Below, one piece after another: positions 1 through 12,641 of a DNA stretch of 64,000 nt (positions within the stretch are counted from its first letter, which is position 1; every line of letters begins with the position of its first letter). Below the pieces are notes generated by a model that had not been told where the DNA came from, did not search any database, and saw only the letters and a program-made list of their open reading frames with translations. This stretch comes from Mobula hypostoma (Eukaryota). The stretch is from contig NC_086101.1 in NCBI RefSeq assembly GCF_963921235.1, forward strand, positions 46,934,001-46,998,000. The letters run 5' to 3'. Position numbers and translations under genes: made by a program.

Positions 1-768
1 TTCACTGACAGCTGACGTCACTCAGGTGTGATGTGGCAACACTAGCAGAGGCTGCCAGACTTCAGTTGTGGCTCAGTGCTCGTACTGGTTACACGTGCAT
101 TTGCTGTTCACTGATATTTTGCGTTCACTGTTGACTTTGTGTTTAATTTCACTGTGAAAATGTCAAAAAGAGCTGCAGATACCCCTATGGGTAACAATGA
201 GAAAAAGAGAAGGAAGCATCTATCATTATCTATAATGCAGAAAGTGGAGTTATTGCAGAAGCTTGATTGTGGTGTGTTGGTGCGGCGTCTTACTGAAGAA
301 AAGAGTGTTGGAACTACCACTGTATATGATTTAAATAAACAGAAAGACGAGTTACTGAAGTTTTGTAGTGACAGTGACGTTCTACATTTATTCCAATAAG
401 TCATTTACCATGTGTTTGATTCGGTTTGTTTGAAGTTGTATATTTTTAGGTTTTATTGAATGTTTTTGTTGGAAATAAAATTTCTTNNNNNNNNNNNNNN
501 NNNNNNNNNNNNNNNNNNNNNNNNNNNNNNNNNNNNNNNNNNNNNNNNNNNNNNNNNNNNNNNNNNNNNNNNNNNNNNNNNNNNNNNNNNNNNNNNNNNN
601 NNNNNNNNNNNNNNNNNNNGTCCTAAAGTCCACCACACTGAGACAGGTTAAATAACGGACTTGAGCATACGCGTTTTTTGGCATGGGGGGGGGGTCTGAA
701 GTCCGAAAAATTCTGAATTCTTAAATGCAACTGGCTCCAAGGATTTCAGATAAGGGATTGTGGACCTG
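1..768 (+). mobile_element. Tigger/pogo-family DNA transposon remnant (internally deleted, spans a gap)
   Basis: ORF 139..399 resembles the CENP-B/psq HTH of Tigger/Jerky transposases; probable terminal repeat GATAAGGGATTGTGGACCTG followed by TA. Confidence 0.7.
487..619. other. Assembly gap
   Basis: Run of N. Confidence 1.
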
Positions 769-1148
769 TAGTAACAAAACCAGGAAGGAGGTGTAAAAGA
801 GGCGACTGGTTGAAGAATCTGATAGTAGTGGGGCAAAGCTGCTCTTAAACCTGTACCCTCTTAAAAGGTAAGAGAGAGAAAAGGGAATGGCCAGAATGGC
901 AGGCATCCTTGAAAACATTAGCTTTCCTGAAGCAACACACTATGAAGATGGATAGGATAGAAGGAAGTGATTAAATGGTCTGGGCTGTGTTTACCATTTC
1001 CTGCAGGTTCAGTCAGTCAAGAACAGGGGAGTTGTCAAACCAGGCTGAGATGCAACCCCAGAGATACTTCCCCTCGTACATCTTCAGAAATTCCAAAGTA
1101 TCTTCATGGACAAGCCAAATCTTCTTAAACACCATTGAAAGTGCACTA

Positions 1149-1314
1149 CACGAGGAAATCTGCAGATGCTGAAATTTCAAGCAACACACATAAAAGTTGC
1201 TGGTGAACGCAGCAGGCCAGGCAGCATCTCCAGGAAGAGGTACAGTCGACGCTACCTCTTCCTAGAGATGCTGCCTGGCCTGCTGCGTTCATCAGCAACT
1301 TTTATGTGTGTTGC
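1149..1314. mobile_element. Short Penelope-like fold-back insertion
   Basis: Inverted arms centred near 1247; TTGAAAGTGCACTA duplicated at 1135-1148 and 1315-1328; same family as 55075-55408. Confidence 0.8.
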
Positions 1315-1708
1315 TTGAAAGTGCACTAATGCACTTTCTTGACCATTGCATCAGTGTGAAGGGACAAGGTGAGGTTGTTGGCAAAATGGATACCAAGGAA
1401 CTTGAAACAGTAAACCACTTCTACAGTAGCTCTATTGATGAGGACAGGACTAACAACCCACTTATGCTTACAGTGGAAACTATGGACATTTTTAATAGAA
1501 CATTTGGCAGGTAGAGAAGTTAGAAAATCTACTTCCAGGTTTGCTTCACATTTTGGAAGCAAACAAGGCAATAACTGACAGAATAGGTATCTCCAATAAC
1601 TGAATGTAAATTATACACAACTTCTCCCACTCTACCTATCATCAGAATGAGCTACCTCCAATCAAGCATGTAACCAGATGCAAATAAGTATCACAAAGCA
1701 GAAGTTAC

Positions 1709-1825
1709 CTCCAGATTTCCATTCTCTAATTCTCTACAATGCAGAGCATCATCGATATCTGTACATCCAGGAGGATCCACACTGCAGATATGGAGATGCC
1801 TTAGGTCCTTCCGCTCTTTCAGGTC
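1709..1825 (-). CDS. DIS3: DIS3 exon 10 (RNB catalytic motif); gene continues beyond window
   Basis: Hand translation [39 protein letters not shown], containing the RNase II/R DxxxxxDxDD motif; CAG/GT; 117 nt. Confidence 0.97.
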
Positions 1826-3474
1826 CTGCAATTTAGAACAGCAAGTCAGTGGATGGATTCCATTAATTAACTATTGTAAGAAGCAACAAAAAAGAAATCA
1901 AACTTTGGATTATAACAAAATTTTCACTTTGATTTTGAAAAAGAACTTCAAACTGTAAGCACATGAAGTTAAATGTTCCAGTTTCATGTGTATAGCTTAA
2001 TGAATCAAAGATAAGTAGACCAAGAAGTTGTCAGGTCTACGTCAAAGTAACATTATTTCCCACAGCAGCAAACGGGCAAGTTGGAGTGAAGCACCTGCAC
2101 TGACACCTTTTTTCCCTTTTGAAAGGTCTAAACCAAGTTCAAATGTAGGATTGGGGACACACTGATATCATACTGATATTAAGTTTTTAAGTAATCAAAA
2201 TTAAGTAATTTTGTCAAACACTAATTTAAAAAAATGAAGAAAACAGCTCCCAAAACTGAATTAAAACTTCAAAGAACACAAAAAGTTTAATTCTCAACTA
2301 TATGCCGTTAATCAACAGCCAGAGTAAATAAAGAGCTGAAATGCATAATAACAGAGAAGGCAGACTTTGTTCTGGTTGAAAGGTTCGTATTGTATATAGG
2401 TCTCCAAGTAAACACCACAGTACAGCCATTCCAGTTACAGAAATTCACAAAGCAAGCCCCAAAAATTTGAAATGTGGAATAAAATTTGTCCTTAAAGAAT
2501 TTATACAGGGAAAACAAAGGTAAATAAATAAATATTTTTTTCTCTGTTTACATTTCTTGACGCATATGCAGATATGGCTATGCACTATGGAAAATCACGA
2601 TGCAGACCATTAGGGAACGCAACTTCCGCTTTAACAACTGAGCCAATTTAATTTTGTGCAAAGCCAGATCCAGGTTAGACGTCAGGAAGTGGTTATTTTC
2701 TTCAAGAGCGTACACCTCTGCATAGGTAGCCATTTCATGTGGACAAGGCCAAATCAATAAATGTCTTTACGCAAATTAGGCTGAATTAGGCTGGTGTCAC
2801 CACTCACAAAAGCAGAGTGATCATCTAGTTCTTTTGTTTAATTTGATGAGGCAAAAAGGAACTCTAAGGTTATTCTCCTGCCATTTGATTTTTCTCAGTC
2901 CCAACTGAAAATCTATTTTATGTTTGTGTGTCTCAGAATATATAGGACGGCAGGATTAAGCTGTTATAATACACAAGGTACTTTCCATAAGCACAAATGG
3001 AATTCATCAGAGGGCACTTTCTTGTCCTTCAGACAAAACAATTATGTTTCCTAGAAGCTGTGATGTATCTTTTTCTATTAGGTACATTTTATGTATCATA
3101 CAGAACTACTTAAAAGTTATTTAGGTATTTTTTTACATTTTCCATTCTACTTGTATAATTGTATTCTAGTCCACTCTGTCGAGTTTATGACATCCAACTG
3201 CAAAATGCATTCATTAAAATTCAAGATTTTTACAAATAGATTGATAGTTCCTTTTTTTAAAAAAACCTTGGTTGCAGCTACCTTGGCCCATTTTAGCCCA
3301 ACATCCACAGCTGAGCTATTGTAGACTCAACTGACCAAAAATGACACATGTTTATCTACACTTGCATCAAACAGGCAAAACAACTTGAGTTTTCTCTTTG
3401 CTTTCAAAATCATGAACATTATTCTGCAACAAGAATTTTAGAAATGATAGATCATGTAACATTTGATATTTTAC

Positions 3475-3621
3475 CTGTTCTGTGATTCCCCAAGGCATCT
3501 TAGGTAGAAAGCTAAGAACAGCCTGTGAGAAAGGCTGATGTGGGACATCATGCTCCAAGAGAAGAACTTCAGTTTCTGTTTCTTTATCACCAGCAGTTCC
3601 TAGAGTTTTGACAAAGTGGCC
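3475..3621 (-). CDS. DIS3: DIS3 exon 9
   Basis: [49 protein letters not shown]; CAG/GT; 147 nt. Confidence 0.97.
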
Positions 3622-5027
3622 CTGTAAAAATCCATCACAAAGTGTTCTTTTTAGATTACATTGCATGGCCCATTTTCTTTTCTCTCTCCTGACCTGTGTC
3701 TCAGAGGGCAATGATTCTAACAGAACAAGCATATTCTAGTACCGCTGGAGGCAGCTATGGTGCAAACATGCAACTGGACAGTAAATGTCAGCATTAACTG
3801 TAGAGCCATATACATCTACTGCAAAAGCCTAACCAGATATTCTTACTGCTGGGAGTTACTGATCCAATACATATAAGCTCTGGTTGAATTTTCAATTTTA
3901 GATGGAAAATTTGACCCGAGAACAATGTACACAGGAACCAAAATTCAAATCAAGTGGGTTGGCACGGCTACATTAGTTAATGCTGTCAGTTAACTGAACA
4001 ACTGTGCAGATAAGAAATTCATACATACATCAAATACCCATTTCAAATTACAACTTCTGAACACCTGCTTTTACCAATATTACAATGCTTCTTTATGACA
4101 TATGAAGAGGCCATTTTGGTCCATGGAGTGTATGCTGCCACGCAGGACAATTTCATTCCCCACTAATCCTCGCCTAATATATACCCAGATTCAACCACTC
4201 AGTCATAGACTGGGACAATTTGCAGTGGCCACTGTGAGACAAAATGGGAATGTCTGGAGGAAATCCACGCTGAAGAAATATTTACAAATTTCTTTTAAAT
4301 CAGATATACAATTTTATCCTTATACCGGGGATTTCTGTAATATTCCAGATTCCCAGTGAAGACTATGGATGAATATGATGTAAAGGAGGATGACTACTTA
4401 ACAAACAGAAGTCAGAATGGAAGAATAAGAGTTAACTTCAGGTAAGAGACTAAGACCAGTGAAGTCATGTAGGTAATGCTGCTGGAATGCAAGCTGTTCA
4501 AAATCTTTAGCAATGATGTGGATGAGGGGACCAAAGTAATACATTTAAGTTTGCTCGTGATACAAAACCAAATGGCGATGTGAGCTATGAGGAAGATGCA
4601 GAAAGGCCTTGGGGTATAGACTGGTGAAGTGAATGTATAGGGACAAGGCAGACGGTCACGTGAAGATGTTACAGTATGCAATGTGAAAAATTACACGTCG
4701 TCCATTTTGATAGAACAACTGGTGCCATATAATATGGTACCAATTATCTTATGACTGCTCGTCCTTAAATTATCAAGAATTTTAATAGTTCTTCAGTGTA
4801 GGCATCACCAGATTTTAATATTTTGTTTCATACTCATAACAGCTGTTGGTTGTCTGGTATGGCTGTTAGGAATACAAAATAAAAATAAAAATATCAACCA
4901 CTGTATTTAGTTATAATTTTGTACACTCTGAATCATTATGACTTTTTATATATTAAGGATGGCACCCACTGCTCGAGTTTTAGCCAATTGTCTATACACA
5001 CTGCACTGCTCAAGCTTGATCTTTAAT

Positions 5028-5298
5028 AACACACGTAAGATGCTGGAAGAACTTAGCAGGACAGGCAGTGTCTATGGAAAAGAGTATAGTTGACGTTTCC
5101 AGCCAACACCCTTCAGCAGGACTGGAGAAAAAAAATGAGGATACTCCTCATCTTATTTTCTCCAGTCCTGCTAAAGAGTCCAGGCATGAAATGTCAACTA
5201 TGCTCCTTTCCACAGATGTTGCCTTAGCCTCTGAGTTCCTCCAGCATTTTGTGTATGTGGCTTCAATTTCCAGCATCTGCAGATTTTCTCCTGTTTTT
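5028..5298. mobile_element. Older Penelope-like fold-back insertion
   Basis: Imperfect inverted arms centred near 5142, decayed hammerhead boxes, tail TTTCCAGCATCTGCAGA. Confidence 0.65.
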
Positions 5299-5380
5299 GA
5301 CCCTTAATATATTATTTTACCAATGACTATTAATCGTTACTTAAGGAAAATTAAAAAGCAGGGCATAACCGATAACTTAC

Positions 5381-5518
5381 ATTGGGATAGCGAGAATTTC
5401 TTGGCCAACCATCAATTACAACAATTATTCTGTGTTTCTCAAGCGCAGCAGCTTGTCGTGTTTCTATTCGAATCCTAGGAATCCTGCGGTCTGCCGGTGT
5501 GAACAAATGTCTTGTTGA
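5381..5518 (-). CDS. DIS3: DIS3 exon 8 (CSD2)
   Basis: STRHLFTPADRRIPRIRIETRQAAALEKHRIIVVIDGWPRNSRYPN; AG/GTAAGT; 138 nt; preceded by an 88-bp intron. Confidence 0.96.
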
Positions 5519-5606
5519 CTTGAAATATAGATAAGAATATGGATAATAGACATTCATACTGCTATTTATGATCAACACTTAATAATATTAACAATATTAA
5601 GCTCAC

Positions 5607-5720
5607 CTCTTTAATTTCTGATTTTGAAATCATGCCACAGTACGGTCTCCAGTTCCTTTTAATTATTCCAACTACTTTGCCCGTTGGCTTTGAAACATTC
5701 TTAGTTGTAACTTTATTCAG
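5607..5720 (-). CDS. DIS3: DIS3 exon 7
   Basis: LNKVTTKNVSKPTGKVVGIIKRNWRPYCGMISKSEIKE; AG/GTGAG; 114 nt. Confidence 0.95.
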
Positions 5721-7110
5721 CTTAAAAGGAGAATGAAATTTTTTTAAATTGTACATTATCAACTTTTATAATAGTGTTCCGTGTCAGAACAATTTGATAA
5801 AAGATGAATGAAATTCTCTAAGTTATTTTCATGCAAAAATATTTTACAGGCAAATGAATATTCTGAATTCAAGTTTCCAAAAATATGTCATTTCTACCTT
5901 ATGGGTAATAAGTCAAAAGATAAATAATATAATGGTACAGAATTCCAAGTGTTTTATTCTGATGAGTTGATTAGAAACTTACTAATTGGGCAAAACAAAT
6001 GGCAATTTAGATTGCATTTAACAGCAACAGCCACCTGACCTAAAACTCTGAAATAATTAGACTTAAAACATTTTAATTGTTTTTAATGTTCTTTACAGAT
6101 CAGAAGTGTTATAAACTGACTTTAAGTCTTTCAGTTTCTATTTTATTGTTTTCACAGATTTAATAAAATAATCAATTTTTAACTGTTATTAAATGTTTCT
6201 GAATGCAGGGATATTTACAAGCATTATACATTATTAACCGTCTAATAATAGAGTTCCTTTCCAACAGCTTGGTGCAATACAGCCTGTGTCTCCCAGTAAG
6301 ATGGTGGTGCGCTTGGTCGCAGCAGCTACTCTGCATCCAAACAAAGGTGCAGTTCTTTGTCTTTTACATCTTTTTTCATAATCACAAGACACCGCTGGAT
6401 ATCAGGAACATTAAGCATTGCAGGCCTACCCTACCAGCAAGCAGTCGAGCTGGATTTGTTGCATATTGCGTTACTGTCTACTCCAGCAGCCCAAGGAGGA
6501 AGGTGTCAGAGGTGGCGTGTGATCCAACAAACGATGTAAATGATTGACTTGGATATTCTTCCTGGGATCACAAAACCCTGTTGGACATTGGTAATGCAGA
6601 ATGCTGCAAATTCGATTCACTAGTTCATTGGCAAGAACAACAGCCGGAGAGCTGCGTGCCCAAGGCCATCATGTTGTGGGGTCATCTACTGCAGCCACCC
6701 AGGGGTGTGAGACTGGAGGTGGGGAGGTGCCTCAGGCGTCCATGCTGAGTTGGGAACTGGTCAGTGCTGCTCTCCAGAGTTCGCTCAGTGGAAGACAAAT
6801 TGGATTGAGTTCATCTGCTGCTGCACTACCATGAGATACGGACTGAAGAGGACTACTGTGGGCTTGTTCTTGCTCCAGGACAACATCCCTTGCACCATCA
6901 ATTTATAGGTCATGACATTCAGGGACTTATTACTATATTTGTGACTTTATGTTTTACTGCTGTTGTAATTATATGTGCTTTTCGTGCCTTGTGCTGTATG
7001 TGACTGCATGGTACTGTGTTTTACACCTTGGCCCTGGAGGAACACTGTTTCGTTTGTATGTGTATGGTTGAATGACAATGAAAGGTGAACTTGAATTTGT
7101 GTGATGCCTT

Positions 7111-7208
7111 AGTCACCATAGGCATGGATAAAACCTCCAGATGAGAATCTGGTGAGAAAAGTCACCATAGGCATGGATAAAACCTCCAGATGAGAATCTG
7201 GTGAGAAA
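7111..7208 (+). repeat. Perfect 49-bp tandem duplication
   Basis: AGTCACCATAGGCATGGATAAAACCTCCAGATGAGAATCTGGTGAGAAA x2. Confidence 0.95.
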
Positions 7209-7555
7209 ATGTTTAATGCATGGTGAGTGCCATGTTATTTGCTGCTGACTGGAAAATCTATGGCATCATTATGTCCACTTTCATCCAAAACAAAAATCAA
7301 TCTTTTGACATTTTAAAATGCATGGTCTCAATTTCACTGCCCACCACAACTATTGGTCAAATCCCTTTACCCCCACTCTCTACCTCAAATAATTACAAGA
7401 TAATTACCTATGTTTACGTTTAAAAAAATCACCATTACTGTATCTTTTACTTCCAGTTATAAGCAAATTTGGTTGAATTAGATTCTTATTACCATAATGC
7501 CTACTTTCTAAGCTACAGAAACAATGCAGCACAAGAGTACAACATTAGGCCTTAC

Positions 7556-7714
7556 AAGATGTTCTTGCTGATCTTCTCCATCCTCTTCAACTTGTCCTTC
7601 ATCCTCAAGTACAACTGCTGATGGTGCAATCCACGTCTCTTGGGGTAACAATTCCACAGCTACTACATCTTCATGGATAGCACGATTAAGGTTCTTCAAC
7701 CCCTGAATAAAAAC
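7556..7714 (-). CDS. DIS3: DIS3 exon 6
   Basis: [53 protein letters not shown]; CAG/GTAAG; 159 nt. Confidence 0.95.
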
Positions 7715-10700
7715 CTGAAATAACACAAAGTTTAATATTATTTTGTCTTCACCATGTTTCTCAGTTACTTTTTTGTGTTCAGTCAATTAATACTGTATGC
7801 AACACATTAAATTTTATTACTTTGTTAATATTCAGTTAAAGACAGCCTAGAGAAGCCATTAAACATTACTTGCTGAACTAGCAAAAAATAATCTTTGAGA
7901 TCCATTTATAATTTTGAACCCACAAGAAATTGATATCAAATACTTGGTTTGCTCCCAGCAGAGCTATAAAAGGGATTCTTTCACCATCACTCAACAAGGC
8001 ATTTTCTTTTAAATCAAACAATAGATCTGTCTTTCACCCCATCAGACTTTTATTTTCTCAGCAGTAATCAGGCCTAAGCATCACATCATCCATGTGAATA
8101 ATTTAAAAAAAATCTAGAGTAACAGACACAAAATGCTAGAGAAACTCAGCAGGTCAGGCAGCATCAATGGAAAGGAATAAACAGCTGACATTTTGGATTG
8201 ACTCTTTCTTCCTTTCCATTGTTGCTGCCTAATCTGCTGTGTTCCTCCAATATTTTGTGTGTGGGTACTCTGGGTTTCCAGCATCTGCAGAATTTCTTGT
8301 GGTTATAAAAATTATCTAAGCAGGTTATCGGATGCTTAGTTTCCACTTCCCGTTTTCAAGTTCTGGGCTCGGGACAGGCCAACTCTCTATAAATGACAGC
8401 ACTAATGCTCAGGACTCAATTAAAGAGTCTGTCTGCTTACACTTGACGACACTCAGTTATAGTGGATTGATTCTCCTCTAACCTAATAACTTTTTCACTT
8501 GCCTTTTAACAATGTGTGCTTTATATTTCACCTTCTTCGTGAAAATGAGCTTAGGCACCCTTATTCATGCCACCTTCCTTTATTATTTCTAACAACTACT
8601 CCACGTTCATTCTTGTGTGGCTATTACTAAAAACATACTTGATTCTCCATTTTGTTTTCATTTTAGCTGTTCACTATTTGCTTTTGTGACACACTTGTTC
8701 TCTGCTTCCTGAAATAATCAGACTTTCATACGGGGAGACTGTAAGGAAGGAATAAAGCATAGAACAGAAAAGACCATCATAATAGGCCATAAGACCACAG
8801 TTAGTTGGTAGCAACTGTCATCAGATGAACTTGTGTTTTCTGTTGGTGGAAGTGCAAATGAAGCAACAGCCTGAAATGTCTTCTGATACTGCTAAAGAAA
8901 ACTAGCTCTCAGAATTGTCAATAAATTAATCATTAACTTGCATCCTCACGGAATACTATAATGTTTGTATATTGGTGAGGAGCGGCAAATGATTAAGTCT
9001 CATTTGGTAAATCTATTTATGTGACACAGGTTAACTTTTCAGTTGGTAAGGAACCGTTATGGTAGGTCTATTTAAGAATTTCCCATTTGAAGAAAAGGGA
9101 ATATGACAAGCCACGGAGAGAGATCAGTGTCAAGTGTTATCAGTAAAACCTGATGAACAGAAAGGAAAAAAAACAGGTACTTTACCAATGAAAATGATAA
9201 GCTTAAGACAAAGAACATGTAGATAATCCACATTAAGGAAACTTCGCCTTGCCTTGCAGAAGTTCTGTTCCTTACTATTCCTTGTTTTTGTTTCTATTAA
9301 GTACTGACAGCATGAATTTATAGATTGGGAGACGTTAAAATTACTATTGGCTTGGTACTAAGTGTGAATTGATATAATTAAATTCTAAAGATATAATTTC
9401 TATTTGATTTTGTCCCCCAACAGTCTTTCCCGGAAGACAGCAACAAGTATTGAAAAAACTGAACTCAAAGTGTTTTTTTTTCAAATAATCATTTGGTTAG
9501 TTATTATTAAACCCGTTAACTATAAAGGCAAATAAAACTAATCTGAATACATATATGCATGCACCGCCAGACCTAGTGAACACTGATCAAAGGATAACAA
9601 CAAATGTTGTAAGAAATCTGAATAGTGTTAGATTGGACTGTATAATGGTTATTTTTTTTAAACTTTCTTAACCTTGTTTGTATTTTTGTATAATTATCTA
9701 TATACACATAATTGTTCAGAGTGTTTTGTAGTGGTTGCATTTCCTAGTTCCAGAGGTGGGTATCACATCACTTGATAGGGACTAGCTCATTGATTAACTG
9801 TTATCTATCAAAATTGAATGGAAGCAGCAGTCTGGTAATAAGACCAGATCACACTGGATCAGTCTCTTTGCCTTTTTGTTTATTCTCTGTTCTTTTCCCT
9901 GCCACTAAGGTCTTTTCACCCCCTTCTCCCTCTCACCCTCCTGGTTTATCTTCCTTCCCTCGTTCTTTATTCTTGTAACACTTAATAAAAGATTGTGAGC
10001 AACAAGTTTTATGCCTCATTCTTGATTTCCAAAGAATCTTGGATCCAAAGCACCAGACTTCAATACCAGTGAACTTGATTACTAGGTCAGGATACCTAAA
10101 CCTCACAATATACTTTGTGACCGGGCATCATAATTATTTGGCAAAATAGACCTGATATTGTAAGGAAAGGAAGGAAAGTCACAGAATGATGAAATGTTCT
10201 TAGGAATCTGAAAATACAGATGTTTCATTCTACAACACTGTATTCTATCTTGGATATGCCAGGAATTAACTAATAAAGAGTTGCATACGATCTGTAGAAA
10301 AATGCAACAATAACCAAAAGCATACGCAAGTTGAAAACCAACATGTGATTGAAGGTTTCTGTAGAGACCATACCTCAGTAAGGAAGGAAATTGTAGCTAA
10401 GGCAATGGATTCTTCCAGTACACAAAAAATACAACATATCAATCAGCCAAAACAGAATGGGCACAAACCAACGGTAAGATACGGAATCCAGGCACCAGTA
10501 AACCATATATGAAGAAATAACTTGGTTAAAATGATTAATATACCGCCTGAATTGGAACTCTCTACAGCAGAAAAAAGTTTTAAAAAAAACAGTAAAACTT
10601 CCAAGAATATCCAATAGAAAAGGCTGTTATGTATGTTTCCCCATATAACGCCACTTACCTCCATGCATCTTTTTGCCCCAATCCAAATTTCTTCAGTTAT

Positions 10701-10941
10701 GTGAAAAAACAGGAAAAATCTTTATACCATGGGATTGATCATTTAGAAGTCAGTTAAGACTGTCAAAATCCATTGATGTTCAATCCTTGCAGCCAAAGGT
10801 AATATATTTTCACTGAACTAAATTCAAAAGGATCGAAGTTTTAAACCCAGAATTCCACCCAAATCCCTCAGAAACTAAAAGTAACAAATCTATTTCCCTT
10901 AAAATTAACAATTGGATGAAGAGATCCAAAGAAACATTCAC

Positions 10942-11109
10942 CTCTTTGCTTTTTCCTTCTTCACCATGGACCCAGACTGTAGCTTCCAGATAGTTGTCTC
11001 TGTTGGCTCGAAAGGTCCCTTGAAGGTAAGAATTAGACTTCAAACCTTGTTGTATTTTGGACAGAGGCAAATGTTCTGCAAAAAGCAGCTTACCACTCTC
11101 TATTTCTTT
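10942..11109 (-). CDS. DIS3: DIS3 exon 5 (CSD1)
   Basis: KEIESGKLLFAEHLPLSKIQQGLKSNSYLQGTFRANRDNYLEATVWVHGEEGKSKE; AG/GT; 168 nt. Confidence 0.96.
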
Positions 11110-12382
11110 CTACAATGAAACAAAAGTTTGATTGTGATTACATTATACACACTCTACATAAATGAGGAAATGACTTTGAATTCCTAATATTGTACTTCAC
11201 ATTAGTTCACATGATTTTATTCTGTGCCCCAAAGGAAACACCGTTCAATGGAAAGCAATAATGATAAATTTATAGAAACTTTCCTATTTGGTACATAACC
11301 CCGCGTACTGATTTGTCATTTATCACCATTAGTTAACAGACTAAATTTGTCCAACTTAAAAGGATCATGCAGCAATGTAACAAGGATTTCAGTAGTTCAG
11401 GAAAATGCCCAAGCAATATCTTCCTAAGCTGTAAAAGGTGGGTGGTGTGTGCTTCAAAGCACATTCAAAGGCAACAGCTTGTTAAAATGGCTAACACCAA
11501 TGAATTTTGTCTTTGTTTTATCACTGGGATGTCACACTGCAGCTGTATAGAACATGGGTCAGACTGCACTCGGGACTGTTATGTTCAGTTCAGGTCACCA
11601 CAACATACGAAGGAGATGAAAATAATAAAGAATGCAACAGAGATTCACCAGGATTTTCCTTAGAATGTAGGATTTACTTACAAGGTGAAATTGGACAAGT
11701 AGGGTTTATTCTTGCTGAAATCTAGGTGGCTTTGGGGCAACCTTGTTAAAGTTAATAAAATTGTAAAGTGCACTGAAGGGTCTTTTACCTTATGCCTGTC
11801 TGAACCTAAACAATGTAGGTTTGAGGTGAAAAGGAATAAATTTAAAGGGATCTGAAGAGCAGGTTTTTACACACGGAGGGTGGTGGGGATGTTCAACATC
11901 TGCCAGAAGTAGTAGATACAGATATCACCATGGTGTTCAAAAGACACTTGGATGTACTTGGATATGTAAGTAGAGGGATATGGTCCAATTGTAGGCAAAT
12001 GTATACATAGACATCACTGTCCACATTGACAAGTTCAGTGGAAGGGCCAATTTCTATGCTGTACAATTCTCTGACTCTAGAGGGCTCTGTGAACATCAAA
12101 ACTTCTGTGTTGTTTTAACATTGATTTATTCTTTTCCCTTACTTATATTTTATGTATAAAGTGACAACTACTGTGCCAATTATAAATTCTATTCCTCCAT
12201 TTCTGTCAGCCTAAGTGCAAACTAAAGATATATTATGGTCAAGTATGCAATATTAGTATCACACTGCTTGTAATACTGATAGGAACATTCTTTTAATAGC
12301 CAAATAAGATTCCTCAGGACAGTACCAAAGATTTATAAACCCTTTCCTGTAACTTAATGCAATTTTTTTGGAAAATACTTAC

Positions 12383-12456
12383 ACTATTATCAGAAATGCA
12401 AGCCAGCCTATCAATTAGCTCTGGATTTCCAGCCAAACTCTTGATATACTCGTCAC
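12383..12456 (-). CDS. DIS3: DIS3 exon 4
   Basis: Hand translation (C)DEYIKSLAGNPELIDRLACISDNS; TTTTAG/GTAAGT boundaries; 74 nt restores phase 0. Confidence 0.95.
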
Positions 12457-12641
12457 CTAAAAGCAAGACATAATGGGGGGAAAGTGTTCATTACTGAGCC
12501 ATACAGAGTTATAATCTAAACCCATGAAAGAACAGTATCTGCAAGGATATTGGAAACAAAATCCAGAGCAACTTGTGCCTTCTCCACCGATCAGTAAGAT
12601 TGTAGCTTTTTTTTTTTACCTCAATACAATTTTCCCACATT

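Noticed and set aside
388-684. ORFs spanning N runs (also 57314-57667)
   Set aside because: Artefacts of translating through assembly gaps.
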